From Candidatus Bathyarchaeum tardum (GTDB lineage Archaea > Thermoproteota > Bathyarchaeia > Bathyarchaeales > Bathyarchaeaceae), in NCBI GenBank assembly GCA_024650005.2, contig CP122380.1, positions 640,001-704,000 on the forward strand: DNA of 64,000 nt. Direction: 5' to 3'. The notes beneath the pieces were generated by a model, which saw only the letters and a list, made by a program, of their open reading frames with translations, was not told the origin of the DNA and searched no databases. How positions within the stretch are numbered: position 1 is the first letter of the stretch; every line of letters starts with the position of its first letter. The position numbers and the translations under genes were made by a program. Below, one piece after another: positions 14,485-25,069 of the stretch.

Positions 14485-16938
14485 ATGAAAAAGTTTCCTA
14501 AAAAATTTAATTTACTTGCCATCGAGGAGAAATGGCAGCAAAACTGGGAAGAAATGGGAATTTATCACTTCAACCGGGAAGACTCTCGTCCTTCGTTTAC
14601 TGTAGATACTCCTCCTCCTTATCCTTCAGGGAACTTTCACATGGGAAACGTTCTGAACTGGACCTACATCGACACGTTAGCCCGTTACAAACGTATGCGG
14701 GGATACAATGTTTTGTTTCCTCAGGGTTGGGACTGTCACGGGCTTCCAACAGAAGTAAAAACTGAAGAAATTCACAAAATAAAAAAAACTGATTTGCCTC
14801 CAGCTGAATTTGTTAAACTCTGCAAAAAAGTTATCGACAAATACATTGTTATAATGAAAAAAGCTATTATGCGCCTTGGCTGTTCGGTGGATTGGACAAC
14901 AGAATACAAAACCATGGATCCCGACTACTGGCGACGGACTCAACTTAGTTTCATTGTTTTGCACAAAAAAGGGCTAATCTACAAAGGAACCCATCCCATC
15001 AGTTGGTGCACAAGCTGTGAGACTGCAATTGCAGACGCAGAAGTTGAACATGAACAAAAAACTGGAATCTTGCATTTCATCAAATTCAAGTTAACTGATG
15101 GAAATCACCTGATCATAGCTACGAGTCGTCCTGAACTTTTGCAAGCTTGTGTAACTGTAGCAGTAAACCCCGATGATGAACGTTACAGCAAATACATCGG
15201 CCAAAACATCACTGTTCCTGTAGCAAATCGTCAAGTCAAAATAATTGCCCAAAAAGAAGTAGACCCAAAGTTTGGTACTGGAGTGTTAATGATTTGTACC
15301 TACGGGGACAAAGCTGACGTGCAAGCTGTTTCTGCTCTGAAGCTTGAGCCAATTATTTTGATAGACGATAAAGGGAAAATGAACAAAAACGCAGGAAAAT
15401 ACTGCGGACTAACAACCATTGAAGCAAGAAAAGCTATAGTAAAAGACCTTGAAGCCTCAGGAAATCTGGAAAAAATTCAGCCTTTGAATCAAGAAGTGGG
15501 CACCTGCTGGAGATGCAAGCATTCCATCGAAATTTTGGAGCATGAACAGTGGTTCATGAACACCCGAAAATTTACTGAACAGGTAAAACAAAACACGCTG
15601 GAAGTAACGTGGTATCCAGATTACATGAAAAAACGCATGATCGATTGGACAAACAGCCTAGACTGGGACTGGGTAATTTCTCGTCAAAGAATCTTTGCAA
15701 CCCCAATTCCTGTATGGTACTGTAAACAATGCCAAGAAATCATTTTAGCAGAACCCGACTGGTTGCCCATTGACCCCCGAAATGAAGAACCAAAAACTGA
15801 CAGGTGTCCTAAATGTGGGGGCACAGAATTTGTTCCTGAAACTGATGTTTTGGATACATGGTTTGATTCTTCCCTTACTTGCGCAGTTCATGCTGGTTGG
15901 CCAGACAAAGAAGATTGGCAAAACTTGTTTCCTGCAGATGTGCACCCCTCAGGTTACGATATCATCCGGACTTGGGCGTATTATTTGATGGTTCGTGGTC
16001 TTGCGTTGTTTGACCAAAAACCCTACAATAGCGTATTAATCAACGGCATGGTTCTGGGAACCGACGGAAGAAAAATGAGCAAATCCCTAGGTAACTTCGT
16101 AGCAACCCCTGAAGTGTTTGAAAAATACGGCGCTGATGCCCCTCGACAATGGGCAACCAGTGGAGGCGCCACAGGCTCTGACATTCCTTTCCGTTGGGAA
16201 GACGTAGAATATGCCTGGAGATTTTTGCGAAAACTATGGAACGCTTCAAAATTTGCAGGAATGCACCTTAAAGACTATGACCCCGACAGTAAGCAGCCTC
16301 AGCTTGAGCTTATTGACCGTTGGCTTTTGAGCAAAATGGAACAAGTCACCAAGAAAGTAACTGAAGCTTTAGATAACTGCCAATTTAACGTAGCAACTGA
16401 TGAAATCCGAAAATTCACCTGGCATAGTTTCTGTGACAACTACATTGAAGCCGTCAAACACCGACTATACCAACCTGAAACATATGGAGAAGAAAAACGA
16501 CACGCTGCCCAGTATACCCTTTACACGGCTATTTATCGGATAATCCAGATGTTATCTCCAATTTCGCCTCATATAACTGAAGAACTATATCAGATAATTT
16601 TTGCAGACGACAAAAAACTTGAAAGCATTCATGTTTCTTCATGGCCTGAAATACAAGAAGGGCTAATCGACGAAGACAACGAAAAAAGTGGTGACCTTAT
16701 TGTTGCTGTTATGGGTGAACTTCGAAGAGACAAAGCAGAAAACCAAAAACCCTTGAATGCTGAAATCCAAAAATTAACAGTATGCACCGAAGACAAACAA
16801 GCCGCCGACGTTCTAGCTAAAGCCGAAGAAGACCTAGCTGGAACCTGCAAAATAGAAAAACTGGAAATTAATTTAACTACAGGTCAAGGAAAAGAAGTCC
16901 AAGGATATCCAAAAATACAATTTGTTGCAGAATACTAA
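14485..16938 (+). CDS. valS: Valine--tRNA ligase
   Basis: DTPPPYPSG, HMGN (HIGH-like), DWVISRQR, KMSKS. Confidence 0.97.
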   Translation: MKKFPKKFNLLAIEEKWQQNWEEMGIYHFNREDSRPSFTVDTPPPYPSGNFHMGNVLNWTYIDTLARYKRMRGYNVLFPQGWDCHGLPTEVKTEEIHKIKKTDLPPAEFVKLCKKVIDKYIVIMKKAIMRLGCSVDWTTEYKTMDPDYWRRTQLSFIVLHKKGLIYKGTHPISWCTSCETAIADAEVEHEQKTGILHFIKFKLTDGNHLIIATSRPELLQACVTVAVNPDDERYSKYIGQNITVPVANRQVKIIAQKEVDPKFGTGVLMICTYGDKADVQAVSALKLEPIILIDDKGKMNKNAGKYCGLTTIEARKAIVKDLEASGNLEKIQPLNQEVGTCWRCKHSIEILEHEQWFMNTRKFTEQVKQNTLEVTWYPDYMKKRMIDWTNSLDWDWVISRQRIFATPIPVWYCKQCQEIILAEPDWLPIDPRNEEPKTDRCPKCGGTEFVPETDVLDTWFDSSLTCAVHAGWPDKEDWQNLFPADVHPSGYDIIRTWAYYLMVRGLALFDQKPYNSVLINGMVLGTDGRKMSKSLGNFVATPEVFEKYGADAPRQWATSGGATGSDIPFRWEDVEYAWRFLRKLWNASKFAGMHLKDYDPDSKQPQLELIDRWLLSKMEQVTKKVTEALDNCQFNVATDEIRKFTWHSFCDNYIEAVKHRLYQPETYGEEKRHAAQYTLYTAIYRIIQMLSPISPHITEELYQIIFADDKKLESIHVSSWPEIQEGLIDEDNEKSGDLIVAVMGELRRDKAENQKPLNAEIQKLTVCTEDKQAADVLAKAEEDLAGTCKIEKLEINLTTGQGKEVQGYPKIQFVAEY

Positions 16939-18194
16939 ACTGCAGCTTTGTATCGAAGAATCGCAGCAACTCCACCAAATGATTTTTTGAGCATTTGACC
17001 CTCTTCAGTGTCTGCCGATATTATTTCAACATCTGTTCCAATCATTTCTGCGGTTTCAGCTAAATCGTCAATTAACTCTTTTGTTTCCACAACCGCTACT
17101 GTTGGAACTGTGCACTTTGGACATGCACTACTGCTCGTTGTCTGTTCAAACTCTGCAATTTGATGAATTTTCATTGTTTCTTGTTTAGTGTATTCGCATG
17201 AACCACATTTTACAGTAACAAGAATCGTGTCCAAGTCTTCAGAAAGCAACAAGGTTTCTACAATGCCGTTGTTTAAAAACTTTCGAACATCAGCTTCCCC
17301 GTAGGTAGCCAATCCTGTCTCTTGACCAATTTCACGCAAAAACTTTTGCATCATTTTCTTTTCTTCAAAATACCGCAGTTTCTGAAGAATCTCTTGTGAA
17401 CCTTCTACAACTTCTTCTACGCCATGATCGTCCGTGTATGAAGTGTCTACTGTAGCCAAAATTTTGTCTTTTAATGTATAATGTAGAAAGTTTCCTTTTT
17501 CGAAATCTTCTTTTGTTGGTCCTGGACCCCCTAAAAGTATGCCTTTAAGGTCTTCGATGGGCAGAAAAATTTCGTTTGCGTATTCACCAATTCGAGTGAA
17601 ATATTCATGAACTTTTGCTTGTCGCATTCGAACAAACCTTTTTGCGGACTGTCCTCCTGCCCTGAATTTTCCTGGAATACCTGATGTTACTTGTTTGACG
17701 ATGTCAAGGTATTTTCCCCGTACCGTAGCAAATGATGCGTGGGCAGAGTCCAAAACTATGATTCCGTAGGTTTCTTTGTCTTTCAAAAACTCTTCTAGAT
17801 GTTCAGTGTGGAATCGCGCATCACAACGATATAGATAAATTTGAATTGGTTCAGGCGGGGAAATAATGTATAATTCAATTTTTTCGCTTCCTGGACCGTT
17901 TTGTGGAATTGCTCCACAGAAAAGCACCAACCCGTTTTCGGGTACGGTTTTGAACATTTTCATTCGTTGCGTAACCCGGGTGATGGCGTCTTGAACGTTT
18001 TTTCTTGTAGTGTTGGATTTGATGTTTGTTGCTGTTCCGAATTCATTGTTAAGCATGGAAACTACTTCACTGACTTGTCTGCCTGGAGGTACATAAAGGG
18101 AAACTAGTTCTGTTCCTCGACCTTCTCGGGAGGCAAGTCTTTCGATATTGCGTTTTAGTCGAAAACGTAGAAGAGAATCTTGTTTAGTGCTCAA
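16935..18194 (-). CDS. prf1: Peptide chain release factor aRF1
   Basis: NIKS, YRCD, GGQS motifs; C-terminal Zn ribbon. Confidence 0.97.
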   Translation of the reverse strand: MSTKQDSLLRFRLKRNIERLASREGRGTELVSLYVPPGRQVSEVVSMLNNEFGTATNIKSNTTRKNVQDAITRVTQRMKMFKTVPENGLVLFCGAIPQNGPGSEKIELYIISPPEPIQIYLYRCDARFHTEHLEEFLKDKETYGIIVLDSAHASFATVRGKYLDIVKQVTSGIPGKFRAGGQSAKRFVRMRQAKVHEYFTRIGEYANEIFLPIEDLKGILLGGPGPTKEDFEKGNFLHYTLKDKILATVDTSYTDDHGVEEVVEGSQEILQKLRYFEEKKMMQKFLREIGQETGLATYGEADVRKFLNNGIVETLLLSEDLDTILVTVKCGSCEYTKQETMKIHQIAEFEQTTSSSACPKCTVPTVAVVETKELIDDLAETAEMIGTDVEIISADTEEGQMLKKSFGGVAAILRYKAAV

Positions 18195-18331
18195 CGTTCA
18201 TTACGCTCTTGATTGTAGACCTAACAAATGTAACATACTTGATAAGAGTTATCTTTTAACTTACTTGTCATTCAGGATCTTGATTGCTGTATCAGTTGTA
18301 GGGCAAAACTATTCAAATCAAAGTATACTAT

Positions 18332-19312
18332 GTGTGTAAGCATCAACAAAAAATGGTGTCTGGTGGAAAAAAATTGTTGGCAGAAAAGCTGGTGTTTGTG
18401 GGTCATATTTCCGTTGACAAAATCGAAAACATTAACGGCACCAAAATTCAGCCTGGAGGTGCTGCCCTATACGCAGCCATGGCTGCTAGAACCTTATCGT
18501 CAAATGTCACGTTAATTTCTGCTACTGGAAAAGATAACCCGTTTCTAGCTAAACTGAATCTTTTACCCCATAAAGACATCAAAATCTATGATGCGCCTAC
18601 AACAAGGTTTCACATCAAATATGACCATCGATGGGAAGCAAATTACCTTAAAGTTGAGCACGGGGCTGGTTCAAGAATTACTTCTCGTCGAATTTCTAAC
18701 CGTCAAGTTAAACAAAAGAGTATTTTTCATCTTTCTCCCATGACGCCTTCAAAGGTTGCGCGAATGGTAGATAAAATTAAAAAGAGTTCTCCTGAAACCA
18801 AAGTTTCTGTTAACACTTGGATTGGTTACATCAATGAGGGTAGAAAAAACCGTAAAATCCTCAAGGATATCGCTTTAAAAGCGGATTTTTTTATTGTAAA
18901 TGACACGGAAGCTAAAGCATTAGCTGAAACTGATGCTATTTCTTCTGCAGTTAGGCTCCTGAAAGCTAAACGACTAATTGTTACTTTGGGAACCTTGGGG
19001 GCAATAATCAGTGCAGATGATATCGGTATGCAGATGGTTCCTGCGTTGGCTTTGCCTTCTGATAAAATAGTGGACACAACTGGAGCTGGAGATGTTTGGT
19101 GTGGCGCTTTTTTGGCAACTTATAATATTACAGAAGATTTTGCAAAATCTGTTAGTGCAGCATCTACCATTTCTAGCATAAAATGTTCTGACTGGGGTTT
19201 TCAGAGCCTAACCAAATTACGGTTTAACGAACCTAACGATGTTATCGAGTTTGTTATGGGCATGAAAGATGGTGGCATACAAAAACGGATGCCCGAATAC
19301 CTAAAAAATTAA
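18332..19312 (+). CDS. PfkB-family carbohydrate/nucleoside kinase
   Basis: PGGAALY and VDTTGAGD signatures; true start may be a few codons downstream. Confidence 0.9.
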   Translation: MCKHQQKMVSGGKKLLAEKLVFVGHISVDKIENINGTKIQPGGAALYAAMAARTLSSNVTLISATGKDNPFLAKLNLLPHKDIKIYDAPTTRFHIKYDHRWEANYLKVEHGAGSRITSRRISNRQVKQKSIFHLSPMTPSKVARMVDKIKKSSPETKVSVNTWIGYINEGRKNRKILKDIALKADFFIVNDTEAKALAETDAISSAVRLLKAKRLIVTLGTLGAIISADDIGMQMVPALALPSDKIVDTTGAGDVWCGAFLATYNITEDFAKSVSAASTISSIKCSDWGFQSLTKLRFNEPNDVIEFVMGMKDGGIQKRMPEYLKN

Positions 19313-19403
19313 CCCAATCCTGTTTCTGGTCTTAAGATCCGTATTGAACACTTGAAGTACAGTTAAAAAGAAACTATTATTAGGATTAACCTCAGAGCTA
19401 GGA

Positions 19404-19658
19404 GTGGAGACAATCGTTATGGCTATGGCTTATGTGCTGATTAACACGGAACCAAAAAACATGGAAGACATCGCAGCAACTCTTGAAAAACTTGATTCTG
19501 TTGTAGAGATCTTTCCAGTTTATGGAGTTTACGATTTAGTCGCAAAAATTCAAGCAGAATCTATGGAAAAACTTAAAGACATAGTCACATGGAAAATACG
19601 AAGCCTAACTAACGTCCGATCCACTATAACTATGTTAATCCTAGAAGATCCGCAGTAA
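19404..19658 (+). CDS. Lrp/AsnC ligand-binding (RAM) domain protein
   Basis: AYVLINTE...VYGVYDLVAKI...VRSTITM. Confidence 0.9.
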   Translation: METIVMAMAYVLINTEPKNMEDIAATLEKLDSVVEIFPVYGVYDLVAKIQAESMEKLKDIVTWKIRSLTNVRSTITMLILEDPQ

Positions 19659-19684
19659 ATTAATGCAGTTTTCTGGTTCTCCAT

Positions 19685-20248
19685 TTGTTGTCTAAACTTG
19701 GGGATACTGTTTTGAAGCGTGCTTTGGTTTTATATTGGTCTAAAACGGGAAACACGAAAAAAGTTGCTTTGGCAATAAAAGACGGTTTAGAATCTGCTGG
19801 ATTAAATGTCTCATTAATGAAAACAACTGAAGCCGAAAACGTTGATTATTTTGATTACGACCTAGTTTGTGTTGGTTTTCCTTCTTATCAATGGCATCCT
19901 CCCAAACCGGTTGCAGATTTTTTGCTCAAAAAATTTGATGCTTACAGAAAACAAGAACAAATCAAAAAAGCCTCACCAACAATTCCAGAAAAATATGCTT
20001 TAATATTTTGTACCTATTCTGGTCCGCACACTGGCCTTCGTGAAGCGACGCCTGCAGCGTTATATGCTGGTCAGTTTTTTGAACACTTGGGATTTACAGT
20101 ATTGAACGAATGGTGTGTTCTAAGTGAATTTATTGGTTCAGTAGAATTTAGTACACAGGGCAGAATGGGTGATATTCGTGGAAAACCAACTGCAGAAGAG
20201 CTGAAAAAACTAACCTTAGATGCTAAAGAACTGGTATCTGGTTTTTAG
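19685..20248 (+). CDS. Flavodoxin-like protein
   Basis: YWSKTGNTKKVA FMN loop; YDLVCVGFP. Confidence 0.85.
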   Translation: MLSKLGDTVLKRALVLYWSKTGNTKKVALAIKDGLESAGLNVSLMKTTEAENVDYFDYDLVCVGFPSYQWHPPKPVADFLLKKFDAYRKQEQIKKASPTIPEKYALIFCTYSGPHTGLREATPAALYAGQFFEHLGFTVLNEWCVLSEFIGSVEFSTQGRMGDIRGKPTAEELKKLTLDAKELVSGF

Positions 20249-20373
20249 TTTGTGAATTTTTCCGTTAATTTATAAAGGGGAATTTGTTAGTATATTTGAA
20301 GAGTTTCGTTTATGGTGGAGTTTCTCTGCCAAAAATAACTGGAACCTTTTCTATGTATGCCGAGGTGAATATC

Positions 20374-20571
20374 GTGTCTCAAAAGAAGATGTATGAAGTC
20401 AAATGTACTGAATGTGGCAGCGCTACTACTGTTCCTTTTGAACCTACAAAAGGTAAACCAGTTTATTGTAAAAGTTGTTTCTCTAAACGTAGAAGTAAAC
20501 CACGCGAAAGGACTCCATCTGAACCTATAATGTTCAACATGAAAAATGCATGGGCAAGACGAGGAAAATAA
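20374..20571 (+). CDS. CxxC-x17-CxxC zinc-finger protein
   Basis: CTECG...VPFEP...PVYCKSC; GTG start after GAGGTGA. Confidence 0.85.
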   Translation: MSQKKMYEVKCTECGSATTVPFEPTKGKPVYCKSCFSKRRSKPRERTPSEPIMFNMKNAWARRGK

Positions 20572-20823
20572 CCGTCAAAAAGGCAATTTGATAAATTAAG
20601 TTTTTTTCAAAAGCCTTGATTTCCTCCAAAGTAACGATTTCTTATGAAATTGTTCTTGTTTACTTTTTTAATTAACATTTTTTGAGTTAATGTTTTGATT
20701 TTTTATTGTTACAAAGAAGCAGCAACAATTTGCTGTTGTTGATGTTTTGTAGATGCATTCACTGTTAACCAGCGTTTAATTGAATTAAAAGGCTAAAGCT
20801 AAAAAAGCCGAAATCCATTCAAT

Positions 20824-21024
20824 TTAAATATAGTATAGATGATTTTTAGTTTTCTTTATTTTTCCAAGAAAAATTCCAGCGAAATATTCTAACCAAAATT
20901 GTTCATGTGAATCTAGATTGGCGTCTTCTTCAGAAATTGCACTTTCAAACGAAGTTGCACCTGCTTTCTTAAACTTCCGAACAATTCTATGTTCCATTTC
21001 AAATTCAAGTCCATATTTAGACAA
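20824..21024 (-). CDS. Small hypothetical protein (66 aa), paralog of 22505..22705
   Basis: TTG at 21024 after GGAGG; same length and motifs as the paralog (RKF..AGATS.E.A....ANLD..EQ.WL.YFAG.FLG.IKKT). Confidence 0.75.
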   Translation of the reverse strand: MSKYGLEFEMEHRIVRKFKKAGATSFESAISEEDANLDSHEQFWLEYFAGIFLGKIKKTKNHLYYI

Positions 21025-21220
21025 TTTTTTCTTTCCCTCCTTTATCAAATAGTTTTCAAGTAGAATGCTATAAATTAACGACAAACTTAGTTTGTCCGAA
21101 TTTACAAAAAAGTCTCTACCTATAATATTACTCTTTGGTAGTTTATTAACCTACCCATTTATTTTTCAAGAAAAAAGAAAAATGTGAAAAAAACTCAAAA
21201 ATTGTTATTAAACTAATAGT

Positions 21221-21370
21221 TTAATATCTTGGTCGGGCTGGTCTTTTTGCACTGTAGCATTCTCTGCAGTACACAGGTCTGCTTCCGTCTGGCTTGAATG
21301 GAACTTGACATTCTTTTTTACATTCAGCACAAACTGCAGTGTGCATTTCTCTTGGTCTACCATATGACAT
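21221..21370 (-). CDS. CxxC-x17-CxxC zinc-finger protein (49 aa, not in ORF track)
   Basis: MSYGRPREMHTAVCAECKKECQVPFKPDGSRPVYCRECYSAKRPARPRY; GGAGGT SD upstream. Confidence 0.9.
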   Translation of the reverse strand: MSYGRPREMHTAVCAECKKECQVPFKPDGSRPVYCRECYSAKRPARPRY

Positions 21371-21673
21371 AACTTTCGCACCTCCGATTAAATGACAAAA
21401 CTAGAATCTTTATAAACTAATTTAGGATATCAGTGTCATCGCTACATATAAACATGTTTAATTCCGAATCCATTTAAATGCAGAATTATTGATTAATTAT
21501 TATTTAACGGTGGACAGAAAAGTCATCCAGTTTTCTATCTTGACATTTTTTAATGCCCAAACAATATATATGCAACTGTGAATTGTAACGTAATGCAGAA
21601 TTTTCTTAGTAAGATCCTCAAAACTTAGTTACATATCTATTTTGGGCGTTCTTTTAGAAAATGAGGGATTCGA

Positions 21674-21892
21674 TTGTTAAAGTTAAAGATAGACGCTGAG
21701 ATGGAAAATAGGATAATTAAAAAAATCAAGAAAATTACATTTAATTTAAAGAAAAATGAGGCAACGAGTTTTTGTCCTGCTTTAGATGCACAAAGACAAT
21801 ACGTGATACAATATTTAATTGAAAAAATTCATGACGCTGACAAAACAGCTAATGTAAATAGTGCGTCATCTTATTGTACAATTGCATCATAA
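21674..21892 (+). CDS. Diverged third paralog of the 66-aa family
   Basis: EMENRIIKK...EATSF...LDAQRQY aligns with EMEHRIVRK...GATSF...LDSHEQF. Confidence 0.5.
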   Translation: MLKLKIDAEMENRIIKKIKKITFNLKKNEATSFCPALDAQRQYVIQYLIEKIHDADKTANVNSASSYCTIAS

Positions 21893-21927
21893 TTATAATA
21901 TGAAGTTTTGAGATAGTTGATAAAATA

Positions 21928-22158
21928 ATGAAAAGAAGTCAAAAAAACGCTAAATCCAGAAACAGAAATACCGTAAGATGTCCCGTTCAAATCGGAGATG
22001 AATACAATGTGGACATAACAGACACGACACCTACTGGATTTGGCATCGCACGAATACAAGGATTCCTTGTATTAATTAATCACGCAAGCCTTGGAAAGAA
22101 CAAAACCATAGTTATAACCAAAACTGATTCTCTAAACGCAGAAGCAGAACTTGTCTAG
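21928..22158 (+). CDS. Single TRAM-domain protein
   Basis: PVQIGDEYNVDI...GIARIQGFLV. Confidence 0.85.
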   Translation: MKRSQKNAKSRNRNTVRCPVQIGDEYNVDITDTTPTGFGIARIQGFLVLINHASLGKNKTIVITKTDSLNAEAELV

Positions 22159-22265
22159 TGACATTTTGGTTGGTCCAAAAATTTTTGGTTAAACCATTAA
22201 TCAGTCATCTTTTAAGATGGATACATTAACTAACATGTACTGGGTTCTAGTTTTGTAGGTGTAAT

Positions 22266-22478
22266 TTGTTGACAAAATGGGAATATATTGTTCTTCCGTT
22301 ACGGACTAAGATTGGTATTAATCGTCGTACCCAAGAAAAGAATGCTGTTATACAAAATGTACAAGATGAATTGAACGCCCTTGGGGCAGAAGGATGGGAG
22401 TTGATAAGCGTTCAAAATGTTCGCTTAGAAACAGGCAGTTTGTATACTGTTGTTTACTTAAAACGACAAAAACCATAG
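22266..22478 (+). CDS. DUF4177-like protein
   Basis: KWEY...LNALGAEGWELISV...YLKR. Confidence 0.8.
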   Translation: MLTKWEYIVLPLRTKIGINRRTQEKNAVIQNVQDELNALGAEGWELISVQNVRLETGSLYTVVYLKRQKP

Positions 22479-22504
22479 TTTAGACTATTTTATCAAAATG
22501 AGGT

Positions 22505-22705
22505 TTAGATGTAATACCTGTGGTCACAGGTCTTTTTTATACACCCAAGAAAAGAACCTGCAAAATAGTCTAGCCAATATTGTTCTTGTTCGTCCAAGTT
22601 AGCTTCTTGAAAAGTAACTGCTGTTTCCAAGGATGTAGCTCCTGCTTGTTCAAATTTTCTGATGAGTCGGTTTTGCATTTTGAATTGAATTCCAGACATA
22701 GACAA
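22505..22705 (-). CDS. Small hypothetical protein (66 aa), paralog of 20824..21024
   Basis: GGAGGTG SD; clear paralogy. Confidence 0.75.
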   Translation of the reverse strand: MSMSGIQFKMQNRLIRKFEQAGATSLETAVTFQEANLDEQEQYWLDYFAGSFLGCIKKTCDHRYYI

Positions 22706-23040
22706 TTATCAACACACCTCCCTGTTTCATCCATAATCTTGTTTAAGTAGAACACTAAGAACAAACGACAAAATGCCACAATGTTTGGCGGCAGTTCTTC
22801 AGCGAATTCTATGAACCCTCATAGTGTACCGTTAAATATATACACTGCGGGTATATAATCTGGATTTTAATCTAGAATCTGTCAATTTTTAATCTTAATT
22901 CCTTGTAACTGCATTTTTATTTCTTTTTTGTAAAATTTAACAGAAAAAAAGTTCCCAGTTAACTTAATTAAACAAAAAATGAAGGTGAAGCCCTTTTGGG
23001 GTTAACCTCCAATTTAAAAGATGCTTTAAGGCGTATTGTT

Positions 23041-23439
23041 TTACTGAACAGTAACCTTTACTGCTTTTCCTTCCCAGACTCCATGCAAGTTGCAGAACTC
23101 TTGTGCATGCAGGTTAGCTGACTCTTTTAGGGACACATTAATAGTTACAACGTAGCCATCTGACAATTCGGCACCAAAATCAATTTTAGAAATCAGTCTT
23201 TTTCCTGCATAAAGGGCAATCCAGTTTATCCAGTGGCTCAAAGTGTTAGGATGTTCAACCCCATCGATGCCCCCAACTTTGATTTTTACTGCAAAGGGCT
23301 CATCAGCTTTCACTTTGCTGGGTGCTTCAATAATGGGGGTGTGTTTTTTTGACATTACAGTCATGTTGTTCCAGTCTGGTCTGTTAAGTTCAGTTAACGA
23401 ATAGTCTTCACTCAAAATGTTCATCTCCCAAGTAAACAA
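23041..23439 (-). CDS. sor: Superoxide reductase (neelaredoxin/class II SOR domain)
   Basis: KHTP, HPNTLSHWINWI, CNLHG iron ligands. Confidence 0.85.
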   Translation of the reverse strand: MFTWEMNILSEDYSLTELNRPDWNNMTVMSKKHTPIIEAPSKVKADEPFAVKIKVGGIDGVEHPNTLSHWINWIALYAGKRLISKIDFGAELSDGYVVTINVSLKESANLHAQEFCNLHGVWEGKAVKVTVQ

Positions 23440-23463
23440 CCTTGTGGCGTCTAAAAAACATTA

Positions 23464-25020
23464 TCACAAACTTATTTCAATCCCCTTCGCGGGAATGTGA
23501 ACTTTTCCTGCTGGATTCTTGAACACTTCAGGCTTTGTTGTGTGAATTGGAATCAAAAGCTTTGGTTTGATTTTGTTTATCATTTCTTGTATTTCTGGAC
23601 CTGAAGCATGACCGCTTGCATGAATCTGATACGGTAAATATTCGTTTTTGGCATTAATTTTGAAGTGCTTTAACCACCGTATCATCCGATCTTGAGACAG
23701 CTCCATTCTTGGATTAAATGGTTCACACTGTGCCCGTACGAAAACCGAGTTTTCTGGAAGATTAATATCTAAAATGTTTTTGAACCTAAAATAGTCCAAA
23801 TGCAAAATATAACCTGAAGGATTTTTGTTGAGTTCGATGGCGTCAATTCCTTTCTCTAGATGTTTTAAGTCCACGTTTATGTTGTCTCGTTTGTTACTCC
23901 ACTGGGAAAGCGCCATGTCTCCAACCTTATGTTTGTAATTACTATAATCTCCCGGAGAATAAAGCATTGAACCACAACGTTCCAAAAATACACTTGCCCC
24001 TTCATCATACACGTTTCTGCCTAACCTCGCCAGAAGATAAGCTAAACGAGGGTCAAAAACTGGAATTTTTCCACTTTTTAGAGCGGCATCCCTTACTGTT
24101 TCATATCTGTCAATGTCTTTCCATGTGAAGCCAACCATGACCAAACCATGAGATTCAGAAAAAATGTCGGTAAGGTCGGATTCTACCTGTTTTTCGTTAT
24201 CAGGTTCCGTTTTGTCGATGCGGGTTCCTTCACAAAACATTACATCCGGTCCAAGTCCATCCAGTTCATCTCCTAAATTGTAGCCGGATTTTCCATGAAA
24301 ACGAATGTCACCAGTATATAGCACTTGACTATCCTTGGATTCAACAAGACACGACATCGCTCCCGGTATCGAATGGTCCACATTATAGGCTGTAACTGTT
24401 AACTCATTTTGGATTGGTTGGGGCTTTTTGTGTTCTAGATTGCAAAATTCTCGTTTTATTTCTTCTTTTGCGTAATCAACTTTTGTTTCCCCTGGAAAAT
24501 AACCTGTTTTTAATTCCCCCATTTTTCGGTTTTTTGTAACTGTTAACTGTTTATCTAAACTTTGCAAGTTACCAATTTCTGCTATGGCATCCATTAATTT
24601 TTGTGAAGTTTCGGAACACAAAAACGGAAAAGCCCCCAAATACGGTGCATATCCACAATGGTCAAGGTGTGCATGGGAAATGAATAAGGCGTCAGGATGC
24701 CAGGACCCCTTTTGTTTTGCCTCTTCAAAACTTTGAATGTTAAGTTTCCAGAACTCTTTTGCGCGAATATTGTAATTTTCAAAATCGTTTGGACATAATG
24801 CATCTTGCCTGTAAATTCCGTTGATGTTTGGGAGCATACCCAGTTTTAGTAAATCGTGTATTTTGCATCCTGACCTGGGCTGTAAAAATTCTTCAAAAAA
24901 CAGTCCTTCTTCGGTGTAGGATAAACCAAAATCAAGAAAAATTGAGCCCTTGCCCATTTTAACAAGGATTTTGTTGCCTCCAATGTCACCCACTCCCCCG
25001 TAACATGCGAACATAATCAT
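23464..25020 (-). CDS. MBL-fold beta-CASP hydrolase (RNase J-like)
   Basis: IGGN, SHAHLDH, VDHSIPG, YTGD, CEGT, HASGH, IPIH. Confidence 0.85.
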   Translation of the reverse strand: MIMFACYGGVGDIGGNKILVKMGKGSIFLDFGLSYTEEGLFFEEFLQPRSGCKIHDLLKLGMLPNINGIYRQDALCPNDFENYNIRAKEFWKLNIQSFEEAKQKGSWHPDALFISHAHLDHCGYAPYLGAFPFLCSETSQKLMDAIAEIGNLQSLDKQLTVTKNRKMGELKTGYFPGETKVDYAKEEIKREFCNLEHKKPQPIQNELTVTAYNVDHSIPGAMSCLVESKDSQVLYTGDIRFHGKSGYNLGDELDGLGPDVMFCEGTRIDKTEPDNEKQVESDLTDIFSESHGLVMVGFTWKDIDRYETVRDAALKSGKIPVFDPRLAYLLARLGRNVYDEGASVFLERCGSMLYSPGDYSNYKHKVGDMALSQWSNKRDNINVDLKHLEKGIDAIELNKNPSGYILHLDYFRFKNILDINLPENSVFVRAQCEPFNPRMELSQDRMIRWLKHFKINAKNEYLPYQIHASGHASGPEIQEMINKIKPKLLIPIHTTKPEVFKNPAGKVHIPAKGIEISL

Positions 25021-25069
25021 GGATTCTGCCTCTCAACAAGTTACTTCTTTACAGCCAGATATAAACCTG

